A stretch of DNA of 64,000 nucleotides from Burkholderiales bacterium (GTDB lineage Bacteria > Pseudomonadota > Gammaproteobacteria > Burkholderiales > Casimicrobiaceae): contig JADYZP010000009.1 in the NCBI GenBank assembly GCA_020853025.1, forward strand, positions 86,410 to 150,409, in the 5' to 3' direction. This document shows, piece after piece, positions 29,027 to 37,326 of this stretch. Within the stretch, counting starts at the first letter, position 1. Every line of letters begins with the position of its first letter. The notes below the pieces were generated by a model. That model saw only the letters and a program-made list of their open reading frames with translations. It made no database searches and had not been told where the DNA came from. Position numbers and translations under genes: made by a program.

Positions 29027-29257
29027 GGTCGGACTCCGGATTCGCCTCCCGCAGTTTAAACGCTCCGCACGGCGTCGGGCGCGACCCGGCAATTGGCTCA
29101 TCGGTGCTGATCACGGCGTTCATCGACTGCGGCGGCCTTTTCATCTTCCTCGTGTTCGCGACGCTGTTCCTCGTCAACTGATCCGGCCAGCACGCGGAAT
29201 AATCCATGCCGGCCGATGTTTGCCGCAATATCGTCCCCCAACTTTGAGGAGTTCTCC

Positions 29258-29629
29258 ATGCGTTCCCAGAAATTCGCAGTGCTCATCGCCAGCTTGTTCC
29301 TCACTGCCGCCGCCTTTGCACAATCGGCGCCCGCCACCAAAAGTCCCGCCGGCGTGTGGGTCGATGCCAAGGGTATGACGCTCTACACATTCGACAAGGA
29401 CAGCGTCGGCAAGAGCGCCTGTAATGGCCCGTGCGCGGCCAACTGGCCCCCGCTCATGGCCGGCGCTGATGCCAAGGCTTCGGGCGACTGGACCGTCGTC
29501 ACCCGCGACGACGGCAGCAAGCAATGGGCCTACAAGGGCAAGCTCCTCTACGCATGGATCAAGGACACCAAGGCCGGGGACATGACGGGCGACAACTTCA
29601 ACAACGTCTGGCACGCCGCCAAAGACTAG
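29258..29629 (+). CDS. Secreted repeat protein with Y-X4-D motifs (COG4315)
   Basis: GMTLYTFDKD, CNGPCAANWPPL and QWAYKGK.LY...D; GAGGAG RBS. Confidence 0.9.
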   Translation: MRSQKFAVLIASLFLTAAAFAQSAPATKSPAGVWVDAKGMTLYTFDKDSVGKSACNGPCAANWPPLMAGADAKASGDWTVVTRDDGSKQWAYKGKLLYAWIKDTKAGDMTGDNFNNVWHAAKD

Positions 29630-29704
29630 TCCGCGCACCAGGGCCACGGCGATGGTGTTGTCGGCACAGCGGCGCGCAGCGAACGTGCAGGACCCTCGCA
29701 CGTC

Positions 29705-30253
29705 GTGAGCGCCGCTGCCGCCGACCCGCCGCTGCCGGCGCCCGAACTCCTTGCGGCAATTCCACGCATGCGGCGATATGCGCGCGTGCTCACCGGTGAC
29801 GCGACCCGTGCCGACGATCTCGTCCAGGAGGCGCTGGCGCGGGCCTGGGAGAAGCGGCGACTGTGGGCCGCAGGAACCGATCTTCGCGCCTGGCTTTTCA
29901 CGATCATGCACAACGTTTTCGTCAACCAGCGCGCACTGGCGCGTTACGAGCGCAATCATGTCTCGCTCGATGCCGAAAGCGAAGCTGCGCACGGGTGGCA
30001 AGTCCCGGTTCGCGACATGCAGTACACGCGCGTGGAGCTGTCTGAATTGCTGCAGCATGTGGGCCGGCTGCCGGTGGAGCAACGCGAGGTGCTCGTGCTC
30101 GCGGTGGTCGAGGAGCTGCGTTACGAGGAGATCGCCGCCATGCTCGCCATTCCCATGGGGACGGTGATGTCACGCCTCTCGCGGGCGCGCGAGAAGCTGC
30201 GCGCGGTGTTTGCCGACAACAGCGCGGTCCCGCCGCTCAAGATGGTCAAGTGA
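29705..30253 (+). CDS. ECF sigma factor (ECF26-like)
   Basis: IPRMRRYAR.LTGD...ADDLVQE, AWLFTIMHN and GTVMSRLSRAR. Confidence 0.92.
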   Translation: MSAAAADPPLPAPELLAAIPRMRRYARVLTGDATRADDLVQEALARAWEKRRLWAAGTDLRAWLFTIMHNVFVNQRALARYERNHVSLDAESEAAHGWQVPVRDMQYTRVELSELLQHVGRLPVEQREVLVLAVVEELRYEEIAAMLAIPMGTVMSRLSRAREKLRAVFADNSAVPPLKMVK

Positions 30254-30260
30254 GTTGCCG

Positions 30261-31151
30261 ATGAACCCGCTGCCCGTCAGTGATGCCGATATCCATGCCT
30301 ACGTCGATAGCCAGTTGGCGCCCAAACGCATGCCGGCCGTGGAGGACGCGCTTGCGCGCGATCCCGCACTCGCGGCGCGAGTGACCGAACTACGCCAGCA
30401 GAACGCGTCGTTGCGCGATGCTTTCGATCCGTGGCTCGACGAAGCCTTGCCCGAGCGCCTGGTCGCCGGCGCGGCCGCTCCGCGCGCAAACAGGCAGTGG
30501 ATGCCCTCGTGGGTAGGGATGGCGCTTGCCGCCGCCGCATGCCTCGTGGTCGGCGTGGGCCTCGGTTGGTTCGGTCGTGAAATCAGCCTCGAAAACGACG
30601 GTACGCCGATCACCTTCACGCGGCAGGCGGCGCTCGTGCACGCGCTCTATGCAAGTGACGCCAATCGACCGGTGGAGATCTGGGCGGCGGAAGAGCAACG
30701 GCTCGTGCGCTGGCTGTCGCGCCGCCTGGGCTTCCAGGTGCGCGCGCCAGATCTCAATTCGCTGGGCTTTGCGCTCGTGGGCGGTCGACTCGTGGCCGGC
30801 AACGAAAATCCCACGGCGCTGTTCGTGTACGAGAACGCCGACAAGCGGCGCCTGACGCTCCAGGTGCGCAAGCCGGTGAATGTGGGCCACGAGACCGCCT
30901 TCCGCTACGCGGTCGAAGACGGCGTGGGCGTGTATTACTGGGTCGAGGAAAACGCCACTTACGCGCTGTCCGGCAACCTCGACCGCGGGCAGCTCCTGGC
31001 GATCGGTCGCGTGGTCTACGGGCAACTCGCGACGCTGGAGGCCGCACCCGCGTCCACGGCGCCGGCGGCAACACCGGCTCCCAAGGCACCCGATGCCATG
31101 CCTGTACCTGCGAGGCCCCCAACAACAGCGCCAGTGCAAAAGCTGTCGTAG
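30261..31151 (+). CDS. Transmembrane anti-sigma factor
   Basis: DIHAYVD..L, a single TM segment (MALAAAACLVVGVGLGW) and periplasmic 'PDL..LGF.LVGGRL' typical of ECF26 partners; Pro/Ala tail. Confidence 0.88.
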   Translation: MNPLPVSDADIHAYVDSQLAPKRMPAVEDALARDPALAARVTELRQQNASLRDAFDPWLDEALPERLVAGAAAPRANRQWMPSWVGMALAAAACLVVGVGLGWFGREISLENDGTPITFTRQAALVHALYASDANRPVEIWAAEEQRLVRWLSRRLGFQVRAPDLNSLGFALVGGRLVAGNENPTALFVYENADKRRLTLQVRKPVNVGHETAFRYAVEDGVGVYYWVEENATYALSGNLDRGQLLAIGRVVYGQLATLEAAPASTAPAATPAPKAPDAMPVPARPPTTAPVQKLS

Positions 31152-31346
31152 GACAGCGCTTTCCCGCTACTCGCTCGGATGGGTCGGTATCCTGCCGAGA
31201 AAATACGTGAGCACGCCGATCACGAGCGCAAGCGAGGTGCGCGATAATGGTCCGCCCTGCATCGAGTGCGTTCTTCATAAATGACCCCGTCCCACCCGCC
31301 GATTGCCCCCACCTGTGGTGCGCGCAACGCGCGTGACAAGCGATAG

Positions 31347-31541
31347 GTGGATGCCTATCTCGCCTGGGCCGGTACCACGGGTGCTTCGTTCGTACCGGCG
31401 TGGAGTAACGCCGATATGGCGGTCGTATCGCTGCTGGTGTTCCTCGCATGTTTCACCCTGGCGGCCTTCGCGGACGCGAGTGGCTCGCCGACACGCTCAA
31501 GGCGCCTTCGTTCCCTTGAGCGCCAATGGGAACATAAATGA
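31347..31541 (+). CDS. Possible small membrane protein
   Basis: 64-aa ORF with one hydrophobic segment (MAVVSLLVFLACFTLAAFA); no family recognised. Confidence 0.3.
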   Translation: MDAYLAWAGTTGASFVPAWSNADMAVVSLLVFLACFTLAAFADASGSPTRSRRLRSLERQWEHK

Positions 31542-31544
31542 CTG

Positions 31545-31585
31545 AAAAAAGAGCCGAAACCCACGCCAGATGCGGGTTACGGCTC
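31545..31585 (-). terminator. Intrinsic terminator downstream of the abrB-like gene
   Basis: Minus strand GAGCCGTAACCC...GGGTTTCGGCTC followed by TTTTTT. Confidence 0.8.
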
Positions 31586-31822
31586 GGTCAGCAGGTCAAA
31601 GTTCTGGCTAGTGAGCGTGTCTCGCAACGACGCCTCATCGGAATACCGTGCGTCTGCTCTGAGGTGCCTCAGTACCGCCGCGCTGGCTCCTCTCGCCTTC
31701 TTGAGAATGGTGATTCGGCCGTCGTGCTCCAGAAACTCAACCTGGTCGCCGGGACCGATCCGGAGACGATCGCACAGCTCTTTGGGCAACGTTACTTGCC
31801 GCTTGGGACTCAGGATGGGCAT
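31577..31822 (-). CDS. AbrB/MazE/SpoVT-family DNA-binding protein (orphan antitoxin)
   Basis: LSPKRQVTLPKELCDRLRIGPGDQVEF swapped-hairpin signature. Confidence 0.85.
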   Translation of the reverse strand: MPILSPKRQVTLPKELCDRLRIGPGDQVEFLEHDGRITILKKARGASAAVLRHLRADARYSDEASLRDTLTSQNFDLLTEP

Positions 31823-31866
31823 CGGCGGTCCTTTTCCAGAATGACAAACAGCCAAGATACAAGGCG

Positions 31867-31891
31867 CTTTACTTTTCGTCGATGAGTAAAG
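31867..31891. promoter_or_regulatory. Candidate operator of the AbrB-like gene
   Basis: Inverted repeat CTTTACT-N11-AGTAAAG, 45 nt upstream of the start codon. Confidence 0.5.
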
Positions 31892-31998
31892 ACCGAGGCC
31901 GTCATCCCATCTATATCGCCTGCGCCTTCAGCATGGCCATCAAGCGCACCTGCGAATATCAAGACGCAAAGCCCCCTACAACAAGGGGTTGTCGTCTT

Positions 31999-32047
31999 GC
32001 GCCGGCGGCCACCATGCACGAGCCGCGGGCACGTCTGCGGACGTGGG
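31999..32047 (+). repeat. 49-bp direct repeat, copy 1
   Basis: GCGCCGGCGGCCACCATGCACGAGCCGCGGGCACGTCTGCGGACGTGGG; 44/49 identical to 34042-34090. Confidence 0.9.
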
Positions 32048-32167
32048 TGACCCACGCACCGGGGAAGAACGGCCCCACGGCGACGCCCATCCACTCCGTC
32101 TCCCCGCGGACCCGGTCGCCTCAACCCCTGCAACCTGATCCGCGGTCGCTTGGCGCGGATGAAATTC

Positions 32168-32227
32168 CTATTCGTTGTCGGCTACCTTGAAATCGGAAAA
32201 GTTCTTTGTATCGGTTGCAGCGTTCAT
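32168..32227 (-). pseudogene. ahcY: 5' fragment of adenosylhomocysteinase (first 17 codons, then NE-stop)
   Basis: MNAATDTKNFSDFKVADNE*, with an AAGGGG RBS. Matches the proteobacterial AhcY N-terminus pattern (MNA....DF/YKVAD) and lies directly downstream of an SAH riboswitch. Confidence 0.8.
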
Positions 32228-32314
32228 CGGTCACCCCTTGTCGAGCCACATCCATGCGGGGACGGAGAACATTCGGCAGCGTCTCGTCATCCCGCGCAGA
32301 GGTCGCGGTTCAAC

Positions 32315-32393
32315 GAACGCAGTTGCGAAAGATGAAACCCCGAGCCTGACAGCCCGCGCATCTGGCGGCAGGCTGTTGCAACGCTCCTCGGTG
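32315..32393 (-). ncRNA. SAH riboswitch
   Basis: Minus strand CCGAGGAGCGUUGCAAC[AGCC..GGCU]GUCAGGCUCGG...CAACUGCGUUC: the GAGGAGCG(C/U)UGC and CAGGCUC cores, P1 CCGAG/CUCGG and the pseudoknot partner of GAGCGUUG. Confidence 0.88.
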
Positions 32394-32438
32394 AGTGGCC
32401 GGGTTTTACCTCAATTTGCGGCCGGCACCATTCGACAG

Positions 32439-33990
32439 TTAGCCTGGTGCGCACATGACGACGGCGTCCGGACCGTCGCCTTCGACCAGCCAACCCTTGG
32501 CCACCATCGTGTCCCGCGTGGCCTTGTCGATCATGTAGCGGTGATTGGCGTCGACCCGGTTGCTGAACACGCGATAGACCTCCACGGTGCCGGCCGCGCA
32601 TGTGCCGAGCGTGGGTAGGAACAGCCCATGAAGTGGCTGTCCTCCAGGATGAAGTCGGGATAGGCAGCCATCGTGGAGTCGCATTCCTTGGCGCCCCGAC
32701 CGAAGAAATGCGAGTCGCCGCGCGTGGGGATGCTGTAGATGCGGCAGATGTCCGTCGTGCCGGCTTGTGCCGTAGGGTAGGCCTTGAAGCTCTTGCCGGT
32801 GCGCGTCCATCCCTTGATCGTGGTGCCGGCATCCAGCAACGCGATCTCGGCCGTGATCCACGTGATGAAGTAGTGATCGAGGCTTTGATTGCAATACTCG
32901 ACGACCGTGACCGGCACCGCAGCCTGTGTCGCGGCGACCCGGTTGAGTGCCGCCAATGCATCGAGCTTGCCGTAGCCCCAGCTGGGGTTGGGCGTCCCGC
33001 CCGTGAACGCATCCGATCGCGCCGATTGCTGGAGAATGGACTTCACCTGCGCGGCGTCCAACTGCGGATTTTTCTCGAGCATCAGCGCGATCACGCCGGT
33101 GACCACCGGCGCTGCGCCGCTGACCGCGCCGTGATAGACGTATTTGCCGTTGCCGCCGGGAATGTTCGGCGCCGCCGTGCTCCAGAACGAGTCGGCGCCC
33201 AGTGCGACGATCGTGCCTTCGCCCGGGCTGCTGATGTCGGTGCCGATACGACCGTCGTACGTCGGGCCGATGCTGCTGCCTGGCCACAGATTACCCATCG
33301 TTCCCCCTTCCCACGCCTTGAAGTAATAGTCGGTGAGCGCGATGTTGTTGCGCGCCGTCGCGGCGTCCCAGATGCTCGATCCGGCGACCACATGGCTTGT
33401 AAACTTGTTGTCCACCGATGCGGGCGCAACCGTGCGCGAGGGATTGAGACTGGCGTGGAAACGGCCGTTGACAATGCCCGTGCCGGCGAACTGGATGGTG
33501 TAGGCGTCCGGGCGGCCCGTGGATGTCGATCAGGATCCGGCGCTGACCGTTTTGCGTGAAGAACCCGAGCTGACCGTAGTGGGTGTACGTGAACTCCGCC
33601 GTGGTCTGTGTCGCCTCCGCACCGCTTGCGGGCGCCGGATAGGGGCCGAAGGAGCCCGTTGGCGTGTCCACGGTGACGTCGAAGCGATCGGCCCCGGCGT
33701 ACCCAGAGGTCGAGATGCAGCGTCGTGGTCGGATTGGCGGTGCCTTTCTGCAACTTGAGGCTCAACGGTGTTCCGGAGGTCACCACGCCGCTGGCATGGT
33801 TGTCCGCACCGCCGTCGTCCCCATTGCCCGTGACGATCACCAGACCCGGCTTCCCGGCCCCAACGGTGGAATCGATCAGCTTGGCCAGCGTGCTCGTGCC
33901 GTCAGTTGAGTCGCCGATCGATCCGAAATTCCACAGCACGACTGCGGGCATATGCAGCCGCGCCGCGGTGTCCTTCACGAACTGAGTTCG
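32439..33990 (-). pseudogene. Subtilase (S8) pseudogene, 5'-truncated, with a C-terminal 'VEYxN...HYF' secreted-protein repeat domain
   Basis: Reconstructed across three frames with shifts at about 33702 (+1), 33506 (+1) and 32625 (-1). Retains the AVSGAAPVVTGVIAL catalytic-Ser helix and WGYGKLDA; in-frame stop at about 34000; the Asp/His half is missing. Confidence 0.82.
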
Positions 33991-34041
33991 ACCAGCGCCT
34001 CACCCGGTAACCGCCATCCACGTGCGACACCGGATGGGCTC

Positions 34042-34090
34042 GCGCCGGCGGCCACCATGCGCGAGTCGCGGGCACATCGGCGCACGTGGG
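34042..34090 (+). repeat. 49-bp direct repeat, copy 2
   Basis: GCGCCGGCGGCCACCATGCGCGAGTCGCGGGCACATCGGCGCACGTGGG. Confidence 0.9.
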
Positions 34091-34095
34091 CGTTG

Positions 34096-34149
34096 TTGCA
34101 GGCAGCGCCCCGTTTTGCTACAATCAGCTAGTCGATAAGCTAGCTGATT
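34096..34149 (+). promoter_or_regulatory. TA operon promoter with overlapping operator
   Basis: TTGCAG-N17-TACAAT; perfect 10-bp inverted repeat AATCAGCTAG-N8-CTAGCTGATT (34122-34149) overlapping the -10 and +1. Confidence 0.75.
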
Positions 34150-34157
34150 GGAGTGCG

Positions 34158-34400
34158 ATGAAAGAGATCGGAGCCTTCGAGGCCAAGAATCGGTTCGGCA
34201 CGCTACTCAACTGGGTGGAACAGGGGGAGCAGATCGTGATTACGCGCCGCGGTAAGGTGGTGGCACGACTGGTTCCCAACGATCTCCGGGCCGACCGCGA
34301 GGCCGCCACCCACGCCGCAGGGCGCATCCAGGCGCGGCGGGCTGGAGTGCGGCTTTTCGGCCTGAAGATCAAGGATCTCGTTGGCGAAGGGCGCCGTTGA
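34158..34400 (+). CDS. Phd/YefM-family antitoxin
   Basis: MKEIGAFEAKNRFGTLL..VEQGEQIVITRRGKVVARLVP. Confidence 0.92.
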   Translation: MKEIGAFEAKNRFGTLLNWVEQGEQIVITRRGKVVARLVPNDLRADREAATHAAGRIQARRAGVRLFGLKIKDLVGEGRR

Positions 34401-34810
34401 GCCTGGTCATCGACAGTTCGATCGCGCTGGCGTGGCTGTTCGAGGACGAGCAGAGTGAAGCGACCGAAGCGCTCTTGCGCCGGGTCGTCGAGCAGGGTGC
34501 GATTGTGCCGTCGTTGTGGCGGCTCGAGGTTGCCAACGCCCTGCAGATGGCGCTGCGCCGCAAGCGGATCGATGCATCGTTTCGCGATGCCTCCTTGCAA
34601 GACTTCCTGGCGCTGCCGATTATCGTGGACGCGGACACGGACGCGCACGCGTTCGGTACCACACTGAGTCTTGCGCAGGCGTGCGGTCTCACTCTCTACG
34701 ACGCGGCGTATCTTGAGCTCGCGCAACGCTTGCGACTCCCGTTGGCAACGCTCGATGGCGAGCTCCGCGCGGCCTGCCGGAGCATGAAGGTGGACATCCT
34801 GCCGGATTGA
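34397..34810 (+). CDS. vapC: VapC/PIN-domain toxin
   Basis: LVIDSS..LAW...DE, LW..EV.N, YDA.YL.LA and LATLD; 4-nt overlap with the antitoxin. Confidence 0.92.
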   Translation: MSLVIDSSIALAWLFEDEQSEATEALLRRVVEQGAIVPSLWRLEVANALQMALRRKRIDASFRDASLQDFLALPIIVDADTDAHAFGTTLSLAQACGLTLYDAAYLELAQRLRLPLATLDGELRAACRSMKVDILPD

Positions 34811-34977
34811 TCTTCGGCCGAATCACGCAAAGTGTTGGCGACAGGCGAATGACCTACCGCGCCGGCAGCGCCTTCCACCCCGCCCCGGGATTGCCGACGG
34901 CCGTGCGACATGCGTTGATACAGGTTCGGCCCTGCCCGGAACAATCCCACATCACTAGGCCGTTTCCCGTGGCCTGC

Positions 34978-36336
34978 CTAACAGTCGCGCAGCGCGGCCA
35001 ACGCCTGGTCGACGCGCTCGACGGTGATCACCCTGACGCCGTCCAGGCCGTGCCGCGGCCGGTTCGCAGCCGGCAGCAGCACCGTCTCGAAGCCGAGTTT
35101 CGCGGCTTCGCGCAGGCGTTCCTGGCCGCGCTGGACCGGGCGGATTTCCCCTGCCAGCCCAACTTCACCAAACACAATAGATTTAGCAGGCAATGGCCTG
35201 TTTTTCAACGATGATTCTATCGCCAGCACTACGGCCAGATCGACGGCCGGCTCCTGGATACGCACACCCCCGACCGCGTTGACGAAGACGTCGTAACCGC
35301 CAGTGTCGACCCCGCCGTGCCGGTGCAGCACCGCGAGCAGCAGCGCCAGCCGCTGCGCGTCGAGCCCGACCGCCAGGCGCCGCGGCATCCCGCCCTGCAC
35401 CGGGTCGACCAGCGCCTGGATTTCGACCAGCAGCGGCCGGGATCCCTCGAGGGTCGCCACCACCGCCGAACCCGACACCGGATCGGCATGCTGCGCCAGG
35501 AACAGCGCCGACGGGTTGGAGACGCCGCGCAGGCCCCGCTCGGTCATCGCGAAGACGCCCAGCTCGTTGGCCGCGCCGAAGCGGTTCTTGATCGCGCGCA
35601 CCAGCCGGAAGGAGGAATGCGGGTCGCCCTCGAAATAGAGCACGGTGTCGACGATGTGCTCGAGCACGCGCGGACCGGCGATGGCGCCCTCCTTCGTCAC
35701 GTGCCCGACGAGCACGACGATCACGCCCTGCTGCTTGGCCAGGCGCGTCAACTGCGCCGCGCACTCGCGAACCTGCGCGACGCTGCCCGGCGCCGACTGC
35801 AGCGCCTCGGTGTACACGGTCTGGATCGAGTCGACGATGACGATTTCGGGCCGGGCGGCGCCGATCGCGTTCACGATGGCCTCCAACTGCACTTCCGCCA
35901 GCAGCTCGACCGGTGCGTTGACCAGCCCCAGCCGGTGTGCGCGCAGCGCGATCTGCTCGACCGATTCCTCGCCGGTCACGTAGAGTGTCCGGTGCGCCGC
36001 GCCGAGCGCTGCGGTCGCCTGCAGCAGCAGCGTCGACTTGCCGATCCCCGGATCGCCGCCGATAAGCACGACACCGCCGGGCACCAGTCCGCCGCCCAGC
36101 ACGCGGTCGAATTCCTCGATCCCGGTGGCGATCCGCGTGTTCTCCTGCGTCTTGACCGCCGACAGCGAGGTCACCGCGGCCCGGGTGCCGCTGACCGACT
36201 CGAAGCGCACGGGGTTGGGCGTGGCGATCACCTCGACCAGCGTGTTCCACGCACCGCAGCCAGTGCACTGGCCCTGCCATTTGGGCGCGCTGGCGCCGCA
36301 TTCGGTGCAGCTGTAGATGGTCCTGGTCTTCGCCAC
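34978..36336 (-). CDS. radA: DNA repair protein RadA/Sms
   Basis: C4 zinc finger, GDPGIGKS, KNRFG motif and Lon-like C-terminus. Confidence 0.97.
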   Translation of the reverse strand: MAKTRTIYSCTECGASAPKWQGQCTGCGAWNTLVEVIATPNPVRFESVSGTRAAVTSLSAVKTQENTRIATGIEEFDRVLGGGLVPGGVVLIGGDPGIGKSTLLLQATAALGAAHRTLYVTGEESVEQIALRAHRLGLVNAPVELLAEVQLEAIVNAIGAARPEIVIVDSIQTVYTEALQSAPGSVAQVRECAAQLTRLAKQQGVIVVLVGHVTKEGAIAGPRVLEHIVDTVLYFEGDPHSSFRLVRAIKNRFGAANELGVFAMTERGLRGVSNPSALFLAQHADPVSGSAVVATLEGSRPLLVEIQALVDPVQGGMPRRLAVGLDAQRLALLLAVLHRHGGVDTGGYDVFVNAVGGVRIQEPAVDLAVVLAIESSLKNRPLPAKSIVFGEVGLAGEIRPVQRGQERLREAAKLGFETVLLPAANRPRHGLDGVRVITVERVDQALAALRDC

Positions 36337-36361
36337 AATGCGTCGCGCGATTGGGTGGCGC

Positions 36362-37306
36362 TCAAGCGTCGAGCTCGTGCGGCCGCACGACCGCCGTGCC
36401 GAGCTTGCCGACGACCACGCTCGCGGCCCGGTTGGCGATGCGCACGGCGTCGGGCAGCGATGCGCCGGCCGCGAGCAGCACGCCCAGCGTCGCGATCACC
36501 GTATCGCCGGCGCCGGAGACGTCGTAGACCTCGCGGCTGTGCGCGGGAATGGTCAGCGCGGTGTCGCCGGTGTACAGGCTCATCCCCTCCTCCGACCGCG
36601 TGACGAGCAGCGCGCCCAGGTCGAGGTCGCGGCGCATCGCCTGCGCCTTGGCGGTCAGTTCGGACTCGTCGCGCCAGCTGCCAACGACCTGCCTGAATTC
36701 GCTGCGATTGGGGGTCAGCACCGTCGCGCCGCGATAGCGCGAATAGTCCTCGCCCTTGGGGTCGACGAGCACCGGCTTGCCGGCCGCGCGCGTACGCTCG
36801 ATCATGGTCGCGATATGCGCGAGGCCGCCCTTACCGTAGTCGGACAGGATCACGAGGTCGGCATCGCGCAGCAGCCGCTCGAAGTCGGCGAGCTTCGCGG
36901 ACAGCACTTCATGCGACGGCGTCGTCTCGAAGTCGATGCGCAGCAGTTGCTGCTGGCGGCCGATCACGCGCAGCTTTACCGTCGTCGGCAGCGACGGGTC
37001 GCGCAGCAGCGACGCCTTCACGTGCTCGCCTTCAAGTAGGCGCTGCAGGGTGGTCCCGGGCTCGTCGTCGCCGATCACCGAGAGCAGCATCGCCTGCGCA
37101 CCCAGCGCGACAGCGTTGCGCGCAACGTTGGCAGCACCTCCGGGCCGCTCCTCGCTGCGCGCAATTTTCACCACCGGCACCGGAGCTTCCGGCGAGATCC
37201 GCTCGACGTCGCCGAACCAGTAGCGGTCGAGCATCACATCACCGACGACCAGCACGCGCGCACCGCCGATGGCGTCGCGAAACGACGAGAAACGGGCAGC
37301 GGTCAT
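36362..37306 (-). CDS. rfaE1: D-glycero-beta-D-manno-heptose-7-phosphate kinase
   Basis: VLVVGDVMLDRY, RISPEAPVPV and DVSGAGDTV. Confidence 0.93.
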   Translation of the reverse strand: MTAARFSSFRDAIGGARVLVVGDVMLDRYWFGDVERISPEAPVPVVKIARSEERPGGAANVARNAVALGAQAMLLSVIGDDEPGTTLQRLLEGEHVKASLLRDPSLPTTVKLRVIGRQQQLLRIDFETTPSHEVLSAKLADFERLLRDADLVILSDYGKGGLAHIATMIERTRAAGKPVLVDPKGEDYSRYRGATVLTPNRSEFRQVVGSWRDESELTAKAQAMRRDLDLGALLVTRSEEGMSLYTGDTALTIPAHSREVYDVSGAGDTVIATLGVLLAAGASLPDAVRIANRAASVVVGKLGTAVVRPHELDA

Positions 37307-37326
37307 CGTGGTTCCGGTGGCGAAAA

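Noticed and set aside
29258-31151. COG4315 protein, ECF sigma and anti-sigma as a novel system
   Set aside because: This trio is a well-known conserved ECF26-type arrangement.
31960-31995. GACGCAAAGCC resembling a c-di-GMP-I riboswitch core
   Set aside because: No upstream GGCAAA/GAAA P2 elements or pairing; isolated match.
32120-32165. CCCTGCAACCTGATC resembling a TPP riboswitch
   Set aside because: Lacks the CUGAGA and downstream GUAGGGA elements.
31564-32367. Shared 11-mer CGCCAGATGCG in the loops of the abrB terminator and, inverted, the SAH riboswitch P2
   Set aside because: An 11-nt GC-rich match can arise by chance; no flanking similarity.
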